From the NCBI RefSeq assembly GCF_001194135.2, contig NC_068982.1, positions 113,234,753 through 113,276,816 of the forward strand: DNA of 42,064 nt, written 5' to 3'. The translations under genes were made by a program, and so were the position numbers. The notes beneath the pieces were generated by a model that was not told where the DNA came from, made no database searches, and saw nothing but the letters and a program-made list of their open reading frames with translations. Source of the DNA: Octopus bimaculoides (taxonomy: Eukaryota). Below are positions 24,013 to 36,612 of this stretch, in pieces; position 1 is the stretch's first letter; every line of letters starts with the position of its first letter.

Positions 24013-24167
24013 TCATCATCATCATCATCGTTTAACGTCCGCTTTCCATGCTAGCATGGGTTGGACGATTTGACTGAGGACTGGTGAAACCGAATGGCAA
24101 CACCAGGCTCCAATCTAATTTGGCAGAGTTTCTACAGCTGGATGCCCTTCCTAACGCCAACCACTCA
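24011..24167 (-). mobile_element. 3' end of an RTE-type SINE/LINE with (GAT)n tail, cut by a gap
   Basis: Reverse complement: gtggttggcgttaggaagggcatccagctgtagaaac..ccatgctagcatggaaagcggacgttaaacgatgatgat. The family call rests on my recognition of this repeat. Confidence 0.7.
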
Positions 24168-24852
24168 NNNNNNNNNNNNNNNNNNNNNNNNNNNNNNNNN
24201 NNNNNNNNNNNNNNNNNNNNNNNNNNNNNNNNNNNNNNNNNNNNNNNNNNNNNNNNNNNNNNNNNNNNNNNNNNNNNNNNNNNNNNNNNNNNNNNNNNNN
24301 NNNNNNNNNNNNNNNNNNNNNNNNNNNNNNNNNNNNNNNNNNNNNNNNNNNNNNNNNNNNNNNNNNNNNNNNNNNNNNNNNNNNNNNNNNNNNNNNNNNN
24401 NNNNNNNNNNNNNNNNNNNNNNNNNNNNNNNNNNNNNNNNNNNNNNNNNNNNNNNNNNNNNNNNNNNNNNNNNNNNNNNNNNNNNNNNNNNNNNNNNNNN
24501 NNNNNNNNNNNNNNNNNNNNNNNNNNNNNNNNNNNNNNNNNNNNNNNNNNNNNNNNNNNNNNNNNNNNNNNNNNNNNNNNNNNNNNNNNNNNNNNNNNNN
24601 NNNNNNNNNNNNNNNNNNNNNNNNNNNNNNNNNNNNNNNNNNNNNNNNNNNNNNNNNNNNNNNNNNNNNNNNNNNNNNNNNNNNNNNNNNNNNNNNNNNN
24701 NNNNNNNNNNNNNNNNNNNNNNNNNNNNNNNNNNNNNNNNNNNNNNNNNNNNNNNNNNNNNNNNNNNNNNNNNNNNNNNNNNNNNNNNNNNNNNNNNNNN
24801 NNNNNNNNNNNNNNNNNNNNNNNNNNNNNNNNNNNNNNNNNATATATATAGG

Positions 24853-25898
24853 GGAAAAGTAAAAAGAAAATGCCCATTAGACATAAAACATAAAGGCTTT
24901 TTTAAGAAAAGCAAAGATATATACATGCAATTAGATGATTTGAGGTGGAATTATGAAGTATAAAAATGCTTATTATGAATCATAACAAAGATTATTAAAA
25001 GTCAGAGCTGATCATTGACTTTGAATGAACACAGATTTCCAAACAGTGTTGTGTCTAATAGTACCTGAGTGAAAAGAAAACATGCAAGGGAGGTATGCAA
25101 TTCTGAAAGTGGAGCAACGAAGGTAGATAGAAATACTGGAATATTAATGGTGTATAGGATGTGTGGAGATTAGTGGGATTATTGGTATTGGCAAAGTTAG
25201 TAGTGTCCTGTATTAAGTTGTGTGTTCATGTTGAGTTGTGGATAATATCTATTAATGAAAGTTGCCCCTTTATTTAATCTTTGCTGTGCTGAGGTGTTCT
25301 GTGAACGTTGATAAAAAGGGAAAATTAGGAAGTTCGGTTTAAGGATCGTAGCACATCTTTCTATGTCCTCACTGACCTGTATCTTTCTATATTGTGGGTA
25401 GACGATTTGTTCTTTGTGAAGAGTTGTTCTTCGTCGGTGTGACATTCCTGTTTGGCCTTTATAGGGATTTCCGTACCCTTAGCAGGTAATAGCATAGATT
25501 AAGTTTTCAGAGGCACCTGTGCCTCTGACAACTTAATCTATGCTATTACAGGACACTACTAACCTTACCAATACCAATAATCCCACTAATCTTCATACAT
25601 CCCATACACTATTCGTATTCCAGTATTTGTATCTACCTTAATTGCTCCACTTCCAGAACTGCTTACCTCCCTTGCATGTTATCCTTTCACTCCGGTACTG
25701 TTAGACCCAACACCGTTTGGAAATCAGTGTTCATTCAAAGCCAGGGATCAGCTCTGATGATACCGGTAATAATGATTTTCATACTTCATAATTCCGCCTC
25801 AAACCATCTAATTGTATGTATATATATTTGTTTTGCTTTAAAAAGCCTCTATGTCTTATATCTAATGTGCATATTCTTTGTTTTCTTTTTAATTTTCC
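24853..25898 (-). mobile_element. Penelope-like element (GIY-YIG end + terminal repeat) in a palindromic foldback centred at 25517/25518
   Basis: Minus strand: CASENLIYAITC*GYGNPYKGQTGMSHRRRTTLHKEQI..VSEDIERCA..RLNKGATFINRYYPQLN (GIY-YIG motif). 24853-25212 is the reverse complement of 25547-25898. Confidence 0.85.
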
Positions 25899-26082
25899 AC
25901 TATTTATACCACGCGTAGTCTTCTTTGTTTGAAACCTATATCTATGATATATATACATATGTATATAAACGATATAAACATCTAGACAGATGCCGGAAGA
26001 CCGACAAAAGCATAGCAGCTACAATTGAGGTCAATGAAAGAGTCAGTAGATGGGTAAATGTAATGAAAAGCAAGTTAAGCAA

Positions 26083-27008
26083 GTCGATTTACACAGAATA
26101 TTAGATACATTTAATACAAATAACGTACATGTGTATGGATATAAAATAGTTCGACTTACAGAATATAAATGATATCAGGAGTTAAAAGGGTAGATTTTTA
26201 TGAATCCAACAGCTGTTTCTAGGGTGGTCCTGAATAGTGATAGTTACTTTTATCTATTATCGGATAACACCGCCTCTGTCTTCAGAGTAGAATTTTACAT
26301 TGGAAAATTTTACATTTGAGGTGTTGACAGGATGGAGTTTAAAGAGGGAATGATTTTGTAGAGAACAGAGTTTTTTAGGAAGGGGAGTTGTGGTGTTTAG
26401 ATAGAGAGTATTCGGAGGAGAAAATAGATTTCAGGGTTAGGGTTAATAATGAGGCTATTGATTTTAGTAGAGATGAAAGATGGGTGGAAGGGGTAGTTTA
26501 GGTACTATGTAAGTGATGATCTTTGTGATAGTTTGTATGAAGGCTATAGAGTTGGAGATTGAGATAGTTGAAAAGGCTTCTAAGCCACCATTCGCCCTTC
26601 CTCTCACCTTCCTCCTTTTCTAGCTTCACTAGCCTCATTATTAACCCTAAACCTGAAATATTATCTCCTCCCACTACTCCCTATATAAACACACTAACTC
26701 CCCTTCCTAACACACTTAGTTCTCCACAAAATCATTCCATCTTTAAACTCCATCCTGTCCACACCTCAAATATAAAATTCTCCATTGTAAAATTCCCCCC
26801 TGAAGACGGAGGCGGTGTTATTTGATAATGGATTCAAGTAACTATCATTATTCCAGACCACCAAGCCCCCAGAAACAACTGTTGGTCTCGTAAAACTTTA
26901 CCCATTTAACTCCTGATATCATTTATCTTCTGCAAGTCGGACTATTTTATATCCATACATATGTATATTTTTTGTATTTAATGTATATAATATTCTGTGT
27001 AAATCGAC
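26083..27008. mobile_element. Penelope-like terminal repeats in inverted orientation (arms 26083-26493 and 26595-27008)
   Basis: Arms align in reverse complement along their length; each carries CTGAAGA...GAAACA(G/A)CTGTTGG. Confidence 0.8.
26800..26885 (+). ncRNA. Hammerhead-ribozyme-like motif (type I, degenerate); mirror copy at 26206-26285 on minus
   Basis: CUGAAGA core, long helix II, GAAAC, short helix III, GUU triplet; helix I only 2-3 bp. Confidence 0.4.
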
Positions 27009-27027
27009 ATCCCTAATTTGTTTCTTA

Positions 27028-27074
<47 letters not shown>

Positions 27075-27075
<1 letters not shown>

Positions 27076-27480
27076 GAAAATTAGAAGATGATAATACACT
27101 GAGAGTAGTTGAAATGTTTTTTATCAATATACTTGAAGCTTTAACCGGTTTCACAGCTTACACTAATTTTGAAAAAGTTCAAATAGAAAGACGTGGCTTG
27201 TGTCACAGCTCTCTTGCTTCTGATTATTGTTTGAAGTTTGCCCTATTTTTATAGGGAGTTCATGACTCAAATCAGTACACGTTTTAATAGGATTTGATTG
27301 GTAGAGGATAGTCACATGACTGGTATAAGAAATTTTTGTAGGTTACACACAAGGAGACCCAAAAGTAGGTTTACATTTATCACGTAGGCACTTTAAATTT
27401 ATTTTAAGCATCTTATTGCATTTAAATATCTATCTTAGTATTAACTAAATTAGCATAGAATAATGGTTTCATATTTTTTT
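27075..27480 (-). mobile_element. Probable third Penelope-like terminal fragment
   Basis: Minus strand has gtgaaaccggttaaag and a TCATGA..CCCTAT-AAAA-ATAGGG-CAAAC hairpin; no protein motif seen. Confidence 0.35.
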
Positions 27481-27557
27481 TATAATTAAGATCTAATCTG
27501 TTAACATATGAATGCAAAAGAGATAGTTGAATAACTGTAAACCTACTTTGGGCTATC

Positions 27558-27558
27558 C

Positions 27559-27620
<62 letters not shown>

Positions 27621-27635
27621 CATATATATATATAT
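27558..27635. repeat. (TA)n(TG)n(TA)n microsatellite
   Basis: Direct reading. Confidence 0.95.
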
Positions 27636-29314
27636 GCGGAATCACAGAATTACACCAGTTGATTTTACTTTGCTTTTTTTTTATTTCTCTCAGATTATAC
27701 TGGGTATTTTGTTTTTCGTTTAAAATACACCAGTTTACCACGAGCTTAATCTACTTTTAGCTAGTTTTCTTACATTTCCGTTGTTTTTTTTTTCTGAAAC
27801 CACCATCATACCTGTTCTCGTATTCTACCTCCATCACAGCCGCCTTTTCTGTCACAAAACAAGACATATTTCTCCGTTACTTCCGTCTTTTATTTCTTTC
27901 TTTCCTCAACACATTTTTCCTTCTTCTAATTATCTAAATTCTAAAGAAGAGATTAGATTAAGAAAAGAAAATATCTCAGGAAATACAATTTAGTCAAATT
28001 TAAGCAAAAAGTTGAATTATTTTTGTCTGTAAAGCTTGACATTGTTATCATTATTTCCAGAAATTGTTGTTAAAAGAACAATGGAAGTAAACAATGACAA
28101 CAAGGTTATAAATGATATTCAGTTGTGATTTTGGTGTTTACTCATCAGAAGCTTGCTTCCGCAACTTCACATATTTAATTCTCATATTGATACAAGGTTA
28201 GAAAATTATAGGTGAGGTGGGTAATCAATTTAATACAGCTACAACACAGGTTGTACATATTTTGTTGACCAATGAGTGCTGCGGTTCTTTTTACCATCAA
28301 GACACACTTTAACAAATCAATAATCTATGACCCACTTTTGAAATATTTATATAAAAATATATTTCAAGATATTTAATGCATTAAGATTTTATTCCTTTTT
28401 ATGGAAATGTTTTGCTCATATTTTGTTTGTAGTAAATTTTGTGCTGTATACATTTTAGAAATATTTCAAAAAGATATTTTCTCTTCAAGGTTTTTTTTTT
28501 TTCAGAATTATACCACCACCCAATTTGGGTCGTGATCGCTAATTTGGGAATTGTGCCCAAGTTTAAATCTAGTGTTGTTTCAACTCAGTACAACGAAGGA
28601 CGAAATAAAATTATGTATGATTAACGCCCTTGACTCTGCTGTTATTTATTTATTTATTTGCACCCTACCATCATGGTTTGGAAAACATATTGTACACATC
28701 AGTATACACCTCTTCTTTTTTTTGTAATATCTACATATGCGTTAGCAGTTATCATTGCCTGACCACATAAGTCTGTTTGCGAGCACTGCAAATTATCAGC
28801 TAAGTAAAAATATATAAATAAAATGGAAAGCGAAAATAATTGTTTGTACAGTGTAAAGTAATTAATTAGATAAAATAGGATTCCTTCGATTAAATAATGC
28901 CAAATATACCTGAATCACCGAAGTGTAAGACAAAGGTAGTGATACAGTATCAACAGAAGAGTTTCCTTTGTGCATGCGCGAGCGTGAGTGTGTGTTAGAA
29001 TTTATGAGTAATGGCACGGTTATTTATATGAATTGCTGCACATTGATAATAATACTTATTATATAAAGAGGAAGGGCAGCAGATTAGAGGAAGCGATAGA
29101 TTGTTTAAATTATGTTTTACGCCCATCCAAACCTTATGTTCTGAGCTCAAATGCTTCTGATGTTCATGCTGCTTTTCATCCAAGCAGAGTCAATAAAATA
29201 TGTACCAGACATGTAATAAGGTGCTATTAATACAACTGTATTCCTTGCATGCATGTATGTATGTATGTATGTACGTACGTACGTATGTATGTATGTATGT
29301 ATGTATGTATGCAT

Positions 29315-29594
29315 CAGTCGCCATGTTTGATCACTAACTCCAAAAGTTTTTTTCGCGTGTTCCTTTCTGTTGAAGAGGGTAGGCTCGAAGCATAAAGGAC
29401 TTTCTCACCTTCCCGAGCGTCAAACTAATACACCTGTTTTTTTGTTTCAGTTTCTGTCTACCAAATCCTCTCACAGTTCTTTGTCGATCCGAGGCTATGG
29501 TAGAAGGCACTTGACAAGATGCCAGCAAGGGGAGTGAACCTGCAACAACGTGGTTGCAAAGCAAGCTTCCTAACACATAGCCACGCCTGCGCCT
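29315..29594 (-). mobile_element. SINE family B head (29594-29440) joined to an unrelated ~125 bp segment and (CATA)n
   Basis: Reverse complement matches 30138-30290 up to gaaactgaaa, then diverges. Confidence 0.7.
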
Positions 29595-29710
29595 ATAAGC
29601 AAAACCTTGTACCGAAATCTAGCTTACTCTTCAGAGCAATAAAATCTAGAAAGCTTAAATGGAACCCAAAATCGAATGTTGTTTCAAAATTTGAATGATC
29701 ATCGCACACG

Positions 29711-29751
<41 letters not shown>

Positions 29752-30137
29752 NNNNNNNNNNCACACACACACATACGAGGAGAAACCTTAGACTTACCGA
29801 CGTCCAGCTCAAACATCCATATTATCTATCTAACCACACTTGAAAAACCTGCGAAGGCCATAACACTATCTCGTTAATCCCGCCAAACGCAAAATGAAAC
29901 ATTAAAATAAGAGACTCTCTACCTATTTCTTGACTCGCTAAAAATAGCTGCCGCATTTTTCTGCAGCCCTCTTTGTCGTTTTCACTTTTTTCTATTATCC
30001 ATCATTGTCCGTGTTAATATAACAAAATTTTCCGACCGAATCGAACCATGTATGTCCTGGTTAGCTAACGTACGTACTGCAGGATATTGAAATATGGCAT
30101 CAGTAAAATTCATATAATTATTTTCTTAACATGAGCG

Positions 30138-30316
30138 AGAGCAGGAGTGGCTGTGTGGTAAGTAGCATGCTTACCAACCACATGGTTCTGGGTTCAGTCC
30201 TACTGCGTGGCCCCTTAGCCACGTGTCTTCTACTATAGCCTCGGTCCGACCAAAGCCTTGTGAGTGGATTTGGTAGACGGAAACTGAAAGAAGCCCGTCG
30301 TATATATGTATATATA

Positions 30317-30347
<31 letters not shown>

Positions 30348-30548
30348 ATTTGTGTGTCTGTGTTTGTCCCCCCAACATCGCTTGACAACCGATGCTGGTG
30401 TGTTTACGTCCCTAACTTAGCAGTTCGGCAAAAGACATCAATAGAATAAGTACTAGGCTTACAAAGAATAAGTCCTGGGTTCGATTTGGTCGACTAAAGG
30501 CGGTGCTCCAGCATAGCCACAGTCAAATGACTGAAACAAGTAAAAAGA
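30138..30548 (+). mobile_element. tRNA-derived SINE family B, full length, with internal (TA)n(TG)n
   Basis: A-box-like tggctgtgtgg, B-box-like ggttcagtcc, internal microsatellite 30301-30350, 3' end gactgaaacaagtaaaaag. Confidence 0.9.
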
Positions 30549-32784
30549 GAGAGAGCATAAGAGCATCATTTTGAGAGAGAAGAGTCATTTAAAAAATCAA
30601 ACTCAGAAGTGATTGATTCTAAGTCTATCGGTACATCAAGAGGCTGGTGGTTGACATCGATAGGATATCAGCTCAATAGGAAGAGGCACTGAGAAAGCAG
30701 AAAGCATTTCGTCAGTGTTGTACCTCTCTCATCTGTTAATTACTATTCACAGGACATTTGTCAATCGAAATCTATAGCAGAAATCACTTGGTCTCGATGC
30801 AACATATATTGAACTCCAGTTATGCAGTTACGAAAATAACCTTTTATCTACATCACTTTTTGTTGGAATACCTTATAAATTAGCGAACATTATGATTTAC
30901 AGTATCATGTAGGTGAAGTAATTCATAGAATAGAAAAAGAAATATACTTTTGACGCCCAAACCAATTCGCAACAGATTTCACTCTTCTGAATTTGATTCA
31001 GTTTGCTATCAATTTTTTATGACTGCCTTCCGAACTACAACAGAACTATAATTCGTTATTTTGGCAAGAAATCTCTTTACGCAATACTATGTGTTTCATA
31101 ATGCTTTAAGCATGAATTATTCATTCTAAGGTAGACCGCAGTCTGGAAAGAACGGGCAATTACACAAAGATTAATAGTGTTGGTTTGGGTCAATACGTGT
31201 TACTGATTTTGAGATTTAAATGATATTGTCCACGCACTGTTGTGCACACGGGAGATGGTATAGGAGAAATATGGTTGACTGGTTTATAGGTGCTAAATTA
31301 GAGTTAATTGAGGTGTTTATAGTAGCAGATAATCTTCAAGAGTAGAAATTTGATAATAGAAAGGGAAATATACGAGCAAATAACAGCTTATGAACTGAAA
31401 GTTGTCTGTAATATATCAAAAGATATGATTGTGAATATACAAAATCATTGCAGAGAGGTTTTAGCCTTGTGTGTGAAATTATGTGTTTGAAGTAAAAATC
31501 TAATCTGTATGTCACACGATTTGAAATATGTTAAAATTATTGGAGTTTAAAGAGTAACATTAAGTATTTGGTATTACAGCATTTTTATTTAAATGGTTTC
31601 TTACAAATATTAAATAATAGACAATTATGTAAGAGTTGCAGTTAAAATAAATATTAGGAATCGTTTAACTAATGTACTCTTTGATTGAGATGAGGCTTTG
31701 TCTTGCTTTTTTTTTGGTTTTGTGCTGTGTTTATAGGTAAGTTATTCTTGTACGGAGAAAATTTCACAAATTATCGAACTTTGTTTGTTGTAGCAAGCCT
31801 CAGAATGCACATTGCTGTACACTAGACTGTATGTGCTCGCTCGATCTGCTAGAAGTAGTAGCACTCTTCCCTCGAATAACACATAGGATAATGCAGTCAT
31901 ACGTACGTTGTTTCTACAAAAACGGTGTACCTTCCATTTGCTATATCTTAGAAGGAACCGATGAGACGCTTATCGGTAGAACACCTTAGTTTGATGGTCT
32001 ATGCAAATATTACTCACATGGGGTGGGGCTAAACATCTTTTTCTGTTTGATTGACACACGTGTGTGTTGGTGCATACATGTGTTTGTGTATTTACTGTAA
32101 TGTACAGCAGTATAAAGTTATAGATTTCAGCTAGTAAGCATGGATAAATTAAGCATAGTAGACTGTCGTAAAATGATTTCAAATTTGATGTACTGATGTA
32201 ATTTTGTATGCTCATTATTGGCATGAAATTCATTTTAGCCATAAATCAATAAATAAACAGTTAACAACTTTTAAAGTTTGCCAATTTTGAGTAATTTTTG
32301 CCAGTCTAAAGCCACAGACATATAGGTGCCTGTTTCCATCGTAACAAATCAAGCATTGGGAACTCCCCTGTATAGTTAATGTGTGTTTACGAAAAACGAA
32401 AATCGTGTGTTTGTGAAATATTTCATTTCTTTACAGTTTGGTTTTTTTTCTGTTCTTAAAACAACAAAATATGTTGTTTATTCTTTTTTTTCGCATTGGA
32501 TACATATTGAATGCTTAAAACTACAAAATATGTGTTGTTTACTTGGTTTTTGGTCATTTTTCTCTCAATAAATGCTTAAAATACGTGCTATCGTCGCAAT
32601 GTTGATATTATTGTTTTGTCGTCTTACGACTGAAGTCAAGCACAAAAATGACGGCTTCCAAATCCTGTTTTCTGACCGGATAAAAACTATCAAACGTTAA
32701 ATCTCAGTAAAGTTGTCAAAAAAATTCTGGAACAAGTGATATATAAATATATATATATATAATACATATATACATATATATATA

Positions 32785-33670
32785 CAGGGGTTGGGCAAAA
32801 TAATGGAAACACCTTAAAATTTCAAACAAATTTATTTTAATATGGGGTAGGACCACATTTGGCAGTAATTACAGCTTGAATTCCACGAGGTATGGACTTG
32901 TACAGTTTGAATTGTTTCCAAAGGAATTGTTGTCCATTTTCAGCTAAAACAATCTTCTAGTGATGATGGTGGAGGATATCGACTCCTTGGTTTTCTAAAA
33001 TGCACCATAAATGTTCAATAATATTGAGATCTGGGGACTGTGGTGGCCGGATAAGATGTTCGACTTCATTAGAATGTTCCTCGTGCCATTCAGTAACAAT
33101 TTTACCTGTATGAATTGATGCATTATCATCCTGAAAGATTGCGTTTCCCTTCGGAAGCAGTTCTGCAACCATAGGATGAATTTGATCAGATAAAATGCTT
33201 AAATAGTCTTAACTATTAATTCTGCCATGAAAGGACACCATTAGGCCGGCGGATTTCCAAGATATACCCCACCCCAGATCATCACAGATCCTCTTCCGTG
33301 TTTAACAGTTGGAAGAAGGCAGTCTGCGTTAAATGCTTCTTTTGGCTGTCTCCACACGTATACTCGGCCGGTTGTCGGAAATAAGGTAAAGGATGACTCG
33401 TCCACGAAAATAACATTCTCCCACTGCTCTAGGGACCAATTCTGTAAAAGCTTTGCAACGTTTGTTTTTGAAAGTAGTGATTTTCTGATTGCATCCCTCC
33501 CGTGAAATCCGGCTTTGTGGAGCTCCCGGCGAACAGCTTTTGTGGAAAGTGGGTTCTCAAGGTGGTCATTAGACTCTGCAGGAATTTTAGGAGCTGTACT
33601 TTTGTGATCCTTTCTAACAATTCACGTAAGAGTCCGACGGTCCCTATCTGAAAGTTTTGGTTTTCTTCTG
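32785..33670 (-). mobile_element. Tc1-like transposon, 3' two-thirds with right TIR; DD36E transposase pseudogene
   Basis: TA then caggggttgggcaaaataatggaaacacc TIR. Minus strand: RKPKLSDRDRR, VIFVDES, FQDDNASIH..SPDLNIIEHLW, GPTPY* at 32837. Confidence 0.92.
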
Positions 33671-35098
33671 GACACTCTTATAATCATTAACATTTATTTA
33701 AAGCTGAGATTATACATTCAAATTATTTCTTGTTATAATGTGAATATTTAATATTTAGTAGATATGCCCTTTACATTTTTCAGTGCAAAGACCTTATGAA
33801 GCATGTTACTGATCAGATGACGAATATTGTATTGCAGAATGTCTCGCCAAGTTTAATGCAGTAACATCAAAAGATCTGGTTTTGAAGATACTTTCTTGTT
33901 CTTTTTATGAAGTGTCCTGTCCATTATTTTCCAGAGGTGTTCAATAGGTTTCATACCTGGTGACTGGTTTGGACATGGAAGCTTTTTAATGCCATTCTCA
34001 TTCAACAGATCTTGGGTCATTTTAGCTGTGTGACAAGGAGCCCCATCTTCCATATATAAAGAGTATTCTTCAATCATTTTACTACTGGAGAAGATTGGAA
34101 GATATCCTTTCTGCAATATGGACATATATTTATCTGAGTTTACCTTTCCCTTACACTTCACTAGCTCTGATCAACCATTGCTCCAAACTGCTCTCCAGCC
34201 CATCACAGAATAGCTGCCGTTTTTCATTGTCCACTGCAATCTTTTCACATCAAATTCTTGATCACAGAATTTCCAGACCCACACTCAACCACTGTCAGGA
34301 AATACAGCGAGTCTGGAATCATCAGTGTCCCAAAATGCTAGTGGCCGCTCCACCATCTCACTGGCCCAATCTTTTCTCCGTTAGATGTTGGCTGGTCGAC
34401 AAAGTGCCATAGTAACCAAGTTTGTGGAGATATCTGACAGCTATTCTGGGACTGGCATCAATTTTTTCTGCTATATTAGAGGTCTTGCAACGTGGATTAT
34501 CCTCCACACTACTCTTAAAAAAGAGAAGGGTCCTGTCAGAGGGCCCAGGTTGATCTGGGTGAAGTGATGTGGACTCCTTCTCTCTCTGGTGAATTGGACA
34601 ATTACTCTATTAACTGTTGAAGGCAAGATCACAAGGTCTTCGGCGATTTTATGCTTACTATGTCCAGCTTCAGAAAGACCCTTTGAAATTCAGACAGTTC
34701 CAAGGCTTCTTTTATATATGGCACGATTAAATAGTCACATATAGTTACGTTCTGGTTTCAACGAATCAGTTGCAGCGCACACTTCAACGTGAAAGGTCAT
34801 GGCTTTCCATTAGAGTAACGCGTACTGTAAAAGGTGAGGCTGTTGCAGCCCAAACTACAACGTGATAGGTCGTGGCTTTTCATCATTGTAACGCGTGCTG
34901 AAGAACGTGAGGCTATAATTCCAGTTCAGAAACCAGTCCACGTGAGGCCAAATACTTGAATGTATGTTGAGATATTGTCCTAGCCCGTTTGCCCAGAGAC
35001 GGTTGATTTCTGTAGTCATCACCAGTTTTTTCCGGCGATTTAAATAAGAGCTTTGACTGTTATTTCCAGGCAGGTAGACATACATAGTATGTCCTTTG

Positions 35099-35100
<2 letters not shown>
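33670..35100 (-). mobile_element. Second Tc1-like transposon; DD34E transposase pseudogene (ORF ~34724-33748)
   Basis: LSEFQRG, LHKLGYYG, GKVNSDKYMSIL, MEDGAPCH..SPGMKPIEHLW (34 aa D-E spacing), KGISTKY*. The 5' boundary near 35100 is tentative. Confidence 0.85.
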
Positions 35101-35136
<36 letters not shown>

Positions 35137-35807
35137 NNNNNNNNNNNNNNNNNNNNNNNNNNNNNNNNNNNNNNNNNNNNNNNNNNNNNNNNNNNNNNNN
35201 NNNNNNNNNNNNNNNNNNNNNNNNNNNNNNNNNNNNNNNNNNNNNNNNNNNNNNNNNNNNAAAAATAATATTAGGATAAGTGAAAATTACTAATACCTTA
35301 TCCCAAAACTGCTGGTCATGTGAATGAGAAAAAACTTCTTCTTTTTCTTCATCATCATCATTATCATCATTTTATCTTTACAATACGGTAAATGATGCAC
35401 ACACATGCGCGCGCGCACACATACAGACATGAGAGCACACACGCCTACACACAAACAAACACACATTGCTCACATTACTCACATACACATTACTCATATA
35501 GTGGCCTCTATTCCTCGCACTAAGTGATCATGTTACCTCTATTCAGGCATTCATGTCTTACTCTTCTCCGTATGTCTATTGTGACCAACTGCACTCAGGT
35601 ATGACGTTATGTCTTCACGCAATTGCATTCGGAGGACACCGGCCGCCTAGAATTTTGGTTCTACTCATATCTTGATTGCACATAACTCGCAACAATTCAG
35701 CACAACCTCAGTGGCAGTGATCTCATCAAGAACTCTTGATAAAGATTTTATTTATAACCCCATCCTCCACGTTTAGAAATGATGTTGACTGTGTGTGAAT
35801 GTGTGTG

Positions 35808-35847
<40 letters not shown>

Positions 35848-36612
35848 NNNNNNNNNNNNNNNNNNNNNNNNNNNNNNNNNNNNNNNNNNNNNNNNNNNNN
35901 NNNNNNNNNNNNNNNNNNNNNNNNNNNNNNNNNNNNNNNNNNNNNNNNNNNNNNNNNNNNNNNNNNNNNNNNNNNNNNNNNNNNNNNNNNNNNNNNNNNN
36001 NNNNNNNNNNNNNNNNNNNNNNNNNNNNNNNNNNNNNNNNNNNNNNNNNNNNNNNNNNNNNNNNNNNNNNNNNNNNNNNNNNNNNNNNNNNNNNNNNNNN
36101 NNNNNNNNNNNNNNNNNNNNNNNNNNNNNNNNNNNNNNNNNNNNNNNNNNNNNNNNNNNNNNNNNNNNNNNNNNNNNNNNNNNNNNNNNNNNNNNNNNNN
36201 NNNNNNNNNNNNNNNNNNNNNNNNNNNNNNNNNNNNNNNNNNNNNNNNNNNNNNNNNNNNNNNNNNNNNNNNNNNNNNNNNNNNNNNNNNNNNNNNNNNN
36301 NNNNNNNNNNNNNNNNNNNNNNNNNNNNNNNNNNNNNNNNNNNNNNNNNNNNNNNNNNNNNNNNNNNNNNNNNNNNNNNNNNNNNNNNNNNNNNNNNNNN
36401 NNNNNNNNNNNNNNNNNNNNNNNNNNNNNNNNNNNNNNNNNNNNNNNNNNNNNNNNNNNNNNNNNNNNNNNNNNNNNNNNNNNNNNNNNNNNNNNNNNNN
36501 NNNNNNNNNNNNNNNNNNNNNNNNNNNNNNNNNNNNNNNNNNNNNNNNNNNNNNNNNNNNNNNNNNNNNNNNNNNNNNNNNNNNNNNNNNNNATTATTAT
36601 TATTATTATTGA

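Noticed and set aside
29773-30060. tacgagga after a (CA)n tract, like a mariner TIR start; similar weak motif at ~20854
   Set aside because: Only 6-7 matching bases, no partner TIR or transposase motif
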